Of a stretch of DNA of 64,000 nucleotides, positions 54,670-64,000 are shown piece after piece. How positions within the stretch are numbered: the first letter of the stretch is position 1; the number at the start of each line of letters is the position of its first letter. A program made the translations under genes and the position numbers. This stretch comes from a virus, in IMG/VR virus record IMGVR_UViG_3300004481_000333, positions 1 through 64,000 of that record. One strand, 5' to 3'. Below the pieces are notes generated by a model that saw nothing but the letters and a program-made list of their open reading frames with translations, did no database searches and had not been told where the DNA came from.

Positions 54670-55733
54670 CGTCCCTGACGGAGAAGTTCGACGAGTCGGG
54701 CCGGAGTGCCAAGTGGTCGTTTCGGCAGCTGGGAGGCCCCAAGAAGACGCTGGAACTCTTCGGGCGCTTCGGACCCCTGGGTCGAGCCAGGCGTGGCACG
54801 GTCGTGAAAGATGGGATGCGTGTCGCACAGGAACGCGTCTTCTTCTCTGGCGATACGCCCCCGACCAGAAGCGAATTCGGGTTGCGGTTTGACGACTACG
54901 AAATTCATGGACGATGGTCGGACCGCTACCTCGGTACCGGGGTCGCGATTGCGAAGTGCCGAGAGGTCAAGACATTCGTTGCGGATCGGCAGGAGTTGTT
55001 GATCAGCTGGGGCGATATCGTGTCGGCTCACGGCTATATCGAGCAATTCTTGCCAGAACGCGAGGGACGTGGAGAGATCCCTTGGTCGATGGTGCTCAAC
55101 ATCGATTGGGACAACCAAGTGGGTAGGATGCCCACCGACATCCCAGACGAACGGCAACCCCGGGACTTCATGGCGGAGATCCGAAAGGCGCTGGATGAGA
55201 AGACGGCCAAGATGGCGAACTTCCCACCGACCCTGAAGGGCTCGATCGCGGACTTCATCAACGGCGTACTGGGTAGCCTGAATGGCGTCTCGAGTTCACT
55301 GGCAAATGCGGCGGACCAGATCAACGATCTGGCAAACGCGCCTTTTGCTGCCCTGCGGGGACTCCGTGCGGCGATTGGGCAGTTCAGAACCGTGCTGGTG
55401 AAGCTGCACACGACCTATGATGACTTCGAAGCCAACTTCGCCCTGGAGGTAGAACGCGCCGACGACGTGCAGTCGTTCCTGGGATTCAAGGCAGACTTCA
55501 GTGATGGTTGCTACCGAGCACTGGCGGTTCTGGCCGAGATGGATCGCCAGGCCGCCCTGGCGGAGCGCGGAAACATCAAGCAGCTGTACGAGGCGCGAGA
55601 AGGCGACACGTGGGAATCCATCGCGGCCTCGACGTTGGGATCCTCAGAACGGGCAAAGGACATCCGGGAGGCGAATGGGCTCGAGTCTGGACAGCCCCCG
55701 ATTGTCGGTACGACCTACGTCATTCCGAGGTGA
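54666..55733 (+). CDS. baseplate/tail initiator protein with C-terminal LysM
   Basis: YEAREGDTWESIAA..LG......IREANGL...G..YVIP. Confidence 0.75.
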   Translation: MTSLTEKFDESGRSAKWSFRQLGGPKKTLELFGRFGPLGRARRGTVVKDGMRVAQERVFFSGDTPPTRSEFGLRFDDYEIHGRWSDRYLGTGVAIAKCREVKTFVADRQELLISWGDIVSAHGYIEQFLPEREGRGEIPWSMVLNIDWDNQVGRMPTDIPDERQPRDFMAEIRKALDEKTAKMANFPPTLKGSIADFINGVLGSLNGVSSSLANAADQINDLANAPFAALRGLRAAIGQFRTVLVKLHTTYDDFEANFALEVERADDVQSFLGFKADFSDGCYRALAVLAEMDRQAALAERGNIKQLYEAREGDTWESIAASTLGSSERAKDIREANGLESGQPPIVGTTYVIPR

Positions 55734-55736
55734 TGC

Positions 55737-57113
55737 GTGACGATCCAGCGTCCTCGGATGCTCGCCACTCTGTCGGTACCAGTTCTTGGTACACGGGAGC
55801 AGAGAATCGGGCAGGCAGCATCGACCGAAGAGCAAACCATGACGGTTCGGCCCAAGGAAATCACCTTGGAACGCACGGACCACAACACGTCTGACGAGTT
55901 GTCTATCACGCTCGACTGGGCGGAATGCGGTATCGATGCCCGCCTACTCGATAACGCGCGGGTCACGCTCTACCTCGGGCAAGCCAACGAGTTCAACGTC
56001 TGGAAGCCGGGTCCCGACCACTGCCTATTCATCGGTCTGGTGAAACTGCCAGAAAGCACTCGTGAAGCCGAGACCCCTGGCGAGATGAAACTCGAGGCCG
56101 TGGACTACACGACGCTGTTCATCAACGCCAAGCCGTTTGGCAGCAGTGGCGTACCCCTCTACAGCGACACCCTGCGGGGAGCCTGGAAGCGCGTCTGCTC
56201 CCAGACGCCGGGGGCCGACATTCTGGCGGAGCGCTTGGTGGGTAAAGACGTCGATCTGGGAACGCAGGTCGGAAAAGGCGTGGCGGAACGCTTCCGGAAG
56301 CTCGGGAAGATCACGACTAAGCCAGATGATGACGCCTGGGCGGTGTGGCAACGATGCGTCGGCATGTTGGGACTAGTGAGCTGGATCGATCTGGACCAGT
56401 GCATCATCAGTACCGCCACCAACCTCTACACGGAAGAGGACCCGCCAAAGCTCATCTGGGCACGTAACTGCACGACCTGGAACGAACGCCGGGGTGACTA
56501 CTTCTCCCACAAGGGGGTTGCGGTTACGAGCTACGACCCATTGACGGCAACGGTCAAGGAATCGTTCTACCCACCCATCGGGGACCCGAGAACCAAGCGG
56601 AAGTCCCTGAAGGCGCTGCCGGTCAAGAAAAAGGCCAGCGAAGCCAAGGCGCTGCAAAACGAGGACCGTGAGTGGCTGTCGATCCCGGGCGTCACGGAAC
56701 AGGCAGAGCTTGACGTCATCGCTCAGCGCGTCTGGGAAGAGAGAAGCCGGCAAGAACTCTCGGGTCATGTCGAGACGCCTAACATGGAGACCGAAACCAT
56801 GGCAGGCGCGCCGTTTGACCTCCTGCGGCTCAAGGCAGGGGATTCGATTTCGGTATCAATTGAAGGACAGGACCGAGCCCTGTTGGCTCGGATGCCCATG
56901 GACGAACGGATTCAGTTTCTCCGGGAGCGCGGATATCAGGAAGACGTGACACGTCTCATTGCGTCCAATGCCGGCATCATCGCCGGCCTTCCATCAGTCT
57001 TCATCACCAAGACGGTTCGGATCAACATGACGGTCAGTCGCGAGATGCCGCACTTTAGCATCGGGATCGACTACGTGAACCGGATATCGATCGATGGGAG
57101 TGCGAACCCATGA
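55737..57113 (+). CDS. baseplate hub protein
   Basis: position after the LysM protein; 458 aa. Confidence 0.65.
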   Translation: MTIQRPRMLATLSVPVLGTREQRIGQAASTEEQTMTVRPKEITLERTDHNTSDELSITLDWAECGIDARLLDNARVTLYLGQANEFNVWKPGPDHCLFIGLVKLPESTREAETPGEMKLEAVDYTTLFINAKPFGSSGVPLYSDTLRGAWKRVCSQTPGADILAERLVGKDVDLGTQVGKGVAERFRKLGKITTKPDDDAWAVWQRCVGMLGLVSWIDLDQCIISTATNLYTEEDPPKLIWARNCTTWNERRGDYFSHKGVAVTSYDPLTATVKESFYPPIGDPRTKRKSLKALPVKKKASEAKALQNEDREWLSIPGVTEQAELDVIAQRVWEERSRQELSGHVETPNMETETMAGAPFDLLRLKAGDSISVSIEGQDRALLARMPMDERIQFLRERGYQEDVTRLIASNAGIIAGLPSVFITKTVRINMTVSREMPHFSIGIDYVNRISIDGSANP

Positions 57114-57937
57114 CGTTGGTGGAGCAACTGAGGCGCGTCATCGAGGCCTTCATGCCTGCCCCTCCCCCGACCGGTAGCTTGGAGCTCGGAACTGTGGGGT
57201 GGGAGGATGGCAAGGACCACTACGACCTCGTGGGGGGACAGCCAACCCTCGTCAAAGTGACGCTCTGGCGCGGCGCGACTCCGGGGTCCGGCAAGGCCCG
57301 GACGAACGGCAGGGCCGGTGGAACCCAAGTGCTGTGCCGTGTGAGTCGGCCTCTGAACTTCATCCCAGAGGACGGTAGCGAGGTCATGGTGGCGTTGCCG
57401 GCAGGATACGAAACGACTCCAGGGGCCGGGTTCATCCAGAACGTTACGGCGCCAGCGCCCGAGATCCAGCATTCCGAGACCAAGGCCAAGATGGAGTTTG
57501 GTCCCGAGGTCGACCTCGTCATCAAGGCAAGGTCCGTCACGATCTCGGACTATCAGGACCGCTACATCACGGTCGGACCCGACTACGGGATCAAGGGGGG
57601 AGCGGGGCAGACGGCATCTGGTACCCGTCAGGACCTCAGCGGCTTCTGCCTGAAGGACGGCAAGTGGCAGTTCTACGTGGCGGACGCGGATGGCTACACG
57701 GTCTCGGCTCTTCAGCTGGCCCAAGAGGCGACGCTCATCTGCAATGTCGCAGATGACGGCAAGCAGGTGAAGATCAAGCTTGCTGGCGGGGACTCGACCT
57801 ATATGTGCGCCGGAAAGTTCATGGCGCTTTACGCCACCGGACTCTTGGGGAACCCCGCGGGATTGCCGGCAGCCGTCATGGCGGGAGGGGTCCCGGTGCC
57901 ATCCACAAACACCTTCATTGCCGGAGTGGCGCCCTAG
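57110..57937 (+). CDS. baseplate spike (gpV-like)
   Basis: IPEDGSEVMVALP OB-fold motif. Confidence 0.65.
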   Translation: MTLVEQLRRVIEAFMPAPPPTGSLELGTVGWEDGKDHYDLVGGQPTLVKVTLWRGATPGSGKARTNGRAGGTQVLCRVSRPLNFIPEDGSEVMVALPAGYETTPGAGFIQNVTAPAPEIQHSETKAKMEFGPEVDLVIKARSVTISDYQDRYITVGPDYGIKGGAGQTASGTRQDLSGFCLKDGKWQFYVADADGYTVSALQLAQEATLICNVADDGKQVKIKLAGGDSTYMCAGKFMALYATGLLGNPAGLPAAVMAGGVPVPSTNTFIAGVAP

Positions 57938-57938
57938 C

Positions 57939-58121
57939 ATGTACGTCTACCCGCCCGCTCCACCCAAGCCTCCGGCACCACCCACCAGCATCGAGGTTGG
58001 CCTCTGCACCTTCCCCCTGCCGCCCCTGCCATTTGAGCTGCCGAGCCTCGTGTTGGAGCTACCGATCCCGGATTTGACGTGGCTGTTCGAGATCGATCCC
58101 TCATGCCCGCTCAACGGCTAA
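57939..58121 (+). CDS. small Pro-rich protein
   Basis: 60 aa, ends SCPLNG, directly after the spike. Confidence 0.5.
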   Translation: MYVYPPAPPKPPAPPTSIEVGLCTFPLPPLPFELPSLVLELPIPDLTWLFEIDPSCPLNG

Positions 58122-58657
58122 GCGGCCGGGCAGCTGTCGACACAGGTCCAGCCGGACGCTGGGTCGGAACACACGGACTGCCAAGTTGACGCTACCGACT
58201 GCTGGGCACGTGAGCACGTGCATTGCCCGGTAGGGATCTGGTAGCAGGACCAGACGGATGGCTCGGTGCCGATCATGGGCAACTGGGTCGCGGGCGCGCA
58301 GATGTTGACCAGACGCCAGGTTCCTCGATCCGACACGCCACCAGGGGCATAGAGATCCAGGAAGGCACGGCAGTCTGGGACGCCCGAGATGGCGAGCGGC
58401 TGGCACACGCAGTACACGTCTCCCGTTTCGACTGCCTGCTCGACGCAACAGTCGGTGGGGATCGGTGGAGCGGCCGGAGTCGGTTCCGTGACGTCGGAAG
58501 GATCCGGATCCGTGATGTCACCTCCATCCCCAGTTCCCGCGCCCTGGACGAGCCAGGAAGAGGGCTCGGGACCCACGTCGGGCATCTCCCCGTCCGAGCA
58601 GGACGCGAGCGTGAGGGTCAAGAGGGGAGAGAGCCAGTAGGGTTTCGAATGGGCCAT
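58118..58657 (-). CDS. Cys-rich lipoprotein (moron-like)
   Basis: signal peptide with lipobox LTLASC; Pro/Asp linker; Cys-rich C-terminal domain; antisense to the tail operon. Confidence 0.75.
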   Translation of the reverse strand: MAHSKPYWLSPLLTLTLASCSDGEMPDVGPEPSSWLVQGAGTGDGGDITDPDPSDVTEPTPAAPPIPTDCCVEQAVETGDVYCVCQPLAISGVPDCRAFLDLYAPGGVSDRGTWRLVNICAPATQLPMIGTEPSVWSCYQIPTGQCTCSRAQQSVASTWQSVCSDPASGWTCVDSCPAA

Positions 58658-58709
58658 GAGTTCAAGATTACCATCTTGAGGCCGGCCCGCAAGCTGAACG
58701 GTTGAACAG

Positions 58710-59384
58710 ATGGCCTACATCCGCACCATTGAAGTCCGGTCTCCGACCAGGATCCGGGTCTTTTGGGAGGGGTCCAGCGGGCTTCCCAACCTTGCGAGCG
58801 AATACCAGGTAGTTTCTTTGGACGACCGGGGTACCTCGCCGCCCGTCGTGGCGGTCGTGCTCATCACGTCCGACGCGACGCAACGCGAAATCGTGTTGGG
58901 AGTCCGGCTGGTAGGTGGGGCCCGGTACCGCCTTGACTCCAGCGCGTCCACCCGCATTTTCATGGCCCCCGAGGCCCGGCCATCGGTTTCGCTTTCCCGT
59001 GGATCCAACGCGTGGGATCGAGAGTTCTATCAGGTCGACCTCGACCTGGACGACGACCTGCATGAAGATCCGTCGGGAGATCTGGCCACCATTGCGGGCC
59101 GTCCCAACGTAGACCGAGCCGTGATCCGGCAGTGCCTATGGGATGGTCTTCCCTGGGATCAGACGTGGGGCGCGCAGCTGAGTGAATTCATCGACGGACC
59201 GACACCCATCTTGGTGAACGTCACGGCCGCCATCACGCGCCAACTGGGTCGCGATGACCGCATCATGTCCAGCACGGTTGCACCCGATACCAGTCAGGCA
59301 TCATCGGGTGTCGTGACGCTCAACGTGAGCCCCGTCTACGGGACGGGTGAACGCAGTTCTGTAGAGGTACCCTTTGCCGAGTGA
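58710..59384 (+). CDS. baseplate wedge protein (gp25/W-like)
   Basis: PSGDLATIAG..NV...WGAQL.EFI...L.RDDRI. Confidence 0.7.
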   Translation: MAYIRTIEVRSPTRIRVFWEGSSGLPNLASEYQVVSLDDRGTSPPVVAVVLITSDATQREIVLGVRLVGGARYRLDSSASTRIFMAPEARPSVSLSRGSNAWDREFYQVDLDLDDDLHEDPSGDLATIAGRPNVDRAVIRQCLWDGLPWDQTWGAQLSEFIDGPTPILVNVTAAITRQLGRDDRIMSSTVAPDTSQASSGVVTLNVSPVYGTGERSSVEVPFAE

Positions 59385-60507
59385 TCGAGAACTCCCAACC
59401 CTGGACGACCTCCGGGCAGTGTTCCGCGGGGCCGTGGCGTCGAGGGAACTAGGGGAATGCGCGGACACGCACACGGGGGCCATTTACGACTGCATGGCCG
59501 GCATGGGCGCCATGGTGTGGCGCGCAATTGCGGAAAGGGACCAAGCGGCGTTCCGTACCGTCTATTTGGATGGTGCGAAAGAAGACTACCTGGATGTTCG
59601 CGCCCTGAGTCGCTTGGGCGCCACAAGGATTGAATCCGTTCCCGGAACCGGAGAGGTTTGGATCGAAAGAGCTGGACTGACGGAGGGAACGATCTGGAAG
59701 GGTACGAGAATCGCACTCTCTATTGCTGGAGGAGAGATCCAATACTTTGAGGCATCCTCGGACTACGAGGTTCTGGCAAACGTGGTCGAAGTGAAACTGC
59801 CTATCCAGCAGGCAACGGCGGGGCAGTGTGGAGAGGTTGATCTTTCGGAATCCGAATGCACGATCCTAAGGATCGATGACCCGCTATGGGACACGTGGAA
59901 CGTGACGTACATCGCGTGTTCGGCTGGTACGGTCTACGAACAGGATCGGGACTACCTGGCGCGAGGGAGGGCAGATGTGTTGGATGCTCGTGTTGGATTC
60001 CCGTCCGCAATCGAGCAAGCATGTCGGGATGCGGGAGCGGCGCGAGTGGTGCTGTTCGCCCCAGACTTTGGGGGAATCGATACCGGCCTGAGTAATGTGG
60101 TCGTGGGAGACTCCGGAGGAAGCACACCAGACGGACTCTTGAGTGCGTGCCGGTTAGCGCTCGCACAAACGGCTATCCTGGGAGTCAATGCCCAAATTTT
60201 GCCTATGACGCGGCAAGCGGTCGCGATCCAAATCACCGTCAGCCTCTGGACTGCCACGGCTGAGCAAGCACAGATCGCCTCCGACGTTCGGAGCTCAGTC
60301 CTGGCCTACTTCGAAACCCGCCAGAACCCGTTTTTGTGGACCTACTCGGGGATCCGCACGGCGGCTTTCAAGGCTCTACGAAACGTGCATGAAATCGTGG
60401 TCACAGGTACGGCTGAGCCAAGCGAGGCTACGCTGTTGGTTGCGCCCGTGATCGAGTGGGAAGCATTGGAATCAGGAATCGTGGTCCTGTTGGAGTTGGC
60501 GGCATGA
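59374..60507 (+). CDS. baseplate J-like protein (copy 2)
   Basis: YLDGAKEDYLD....R.....G.GEV...GTI.KGTR...E.D..Y.AR. Confidence 0.8.
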   Translation: MPSDRELPTLDDLRAVFRGAVASRELGECADTHTGAIYDCMAGMGAMVWRAIAERDQAAFRTVYLDGAKEDYLDVRALSRLGATRIESVPGTGEVWIERAGLTEGTIWKGTRIALSIAGGEIQYFEASSDYEVLANVVEVKLPIQQATAGQCGEVDLSESECTILRIDDPLWDTWNVTYIACSAGTVYEQDRDYLARGRADVLDARVGFPSAIEQACRDAGAARVVLFAPDFGGIDTGLSNVVVGDSGGSTPDGLLSACRLALAQTAILGVNAQILPMTRQAVAIQITVSLWTATAEQAQIASDVRSSVLAYFETRQNPFLWTYSGIRTAAFKALRNVHEIVVTGTAEPSEATLLVAPVIEWEALESGIVVLLELAA

Positions 60508-61322
60508 CGGTCGAGATCACGGGTTTGGTTCCAGGAGGTCCCAGACTCGTCATCGCAACCCGGGAAGACGTCCTGGCCCAGTTGCCGTCTGATGTTCTGT
60601 CGGAGCAAGAACAGCCGGTCCTGGATGCGGCTGCCGATGCCTTGCTGGCGATTGCGTTGGCTTATCAGGAATATGGCGGTCGATGCGCAGCCAACTGCGA
60701 TCCGGACCGTGCGGAAGATCAATCTCTTCGTGCCGTTGCAGCCGACAGAGGAAGCGAGCAAGCGGACGGGGAAGATCAGGAACTGTTCCGAAACCGGATG
60801 CTTGGCATTCAGGCGTCCGTCACGTTCGAGGCCATCCGGGATGCCGTGAATGCCATCCTGGCTAGCTGGACGGATAAGACGTGTCGCATTCTTGAGAGCG
60901 GGATGGATGGTGCCTTCCTCCTCACGGCTGTCACGGACGCGACCTCTGATTGGCATTCGTTCGTGGCGCGCACGGCGTCCTACCCGGATCGCATGTATGA
61001 AGACGATGCGGCAGTCAACGGAGGCGTCTACTTCGCGGGCCGCGGTGGTACGGGACTGCATCTGTTCTTCGCCACTACGCGACGACTATTCGTGATTCTG
61101 CTTCCCTCTCTAGCCCAGATCCGTGGCAACTTCTTCTACACGGCTGTCTCGGACGTGGGTGCTGGGACGTTCCTTTACCTGGCCGCAACTGACCCCGGCG
61201 TGACCTTCATGGGCTCCGACGGGGGTACGGCACAAGCGATCTACCGAGCCATCGCCAACAAGGTGGATTCGTTGGTCGGCCAAAGCATCAGCTACTCCAT
61301 CATCGAAGACAGGAGTCTGTGA
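60504..61322 (+). CDS. baseplate wedge protein (gpI-like)
   Basis: GEDQELFRNR...VTFEAIR. Confidence 0.65.
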   Translation: MTVEITGLVPGGPRLVIATREDVLAQLPSDVLSEQEQPVLDAAADALLAIALAYQEYGGRCAANCDPDRAEDQSLRAVAADRGSEQADGEDQELFRNRMLGIQASVTFEAIRDAVNAILASWTDKTCRILESGMDGAFLLTAVTDATSDWHSFVARTASYPDRMYEDDAAVNGGVYFAGRGGTGLHLFFATTRRLFVILLPSLAQIRGNFFYTAVSDVGAGTFLYLAATDPGVTFMGSDGGTAQAIYRAIANKVDSLVGQSISYSIIEDRSL

Positions 61323-61326
61323 GCCA

Positions 61327-64000
<2,674 letters not shown>

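Overview
The window is a contiguous, GC-rich segment of a tailed dsDNA phage or prophage with a contractile (Myo-type) tail. No host housekeeping genes, integrase or lysis genes are recognisable. Layout: (i) 0.6-19.6 kb, a long + strand operon of small accessory, nucleic-acid-metabolism and replication genes (RadC/JAB, DUF5131, RuvC-like, DUF1643, LexA-type DNA-binding domain, replication initiator with iterons, DnaB, AAA ATPase, ASCH), carrying several gene-junction duplication scars; (ii) 19.6-22.9 kb, a compact CRISPR-like module with its own promoter: a small LacI-type HTH gene, a structured tracrRNA-like region with a split anti-repeat, a 603-aa TnpB/Cas12f-like protein whose RuvC-I Asp and RuvC-II Glu appear replaced (predicted nuclease-dead), a coupled coiled-coil partner gene and a 3-unit mini CRISPR array, with no cas1/cas2 or TnpA in the window; (iii) 24.6-30.6 kb, divergent early-type genes driven by a duplicated promoter-like element; (iv) 31.5-64 kb, packaging, head, tail, baseplate and fibre genes, with inserted extras (two Gly-tailed peptides plus PAPS-reductase-like and ParB-like genes, a bacterioferritin-like gene, a GT2-TPR glycosyltransferase, an antisense Cys-rich lipoprotein and a Gly-Thr-Thr collagen fibre). 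The best candidate for a new system is the phage-encoded dead-Cas12f, tracrRNA, mini-array and partner-protein module. All family calls come from motif recognition by eye; no database searches were run.
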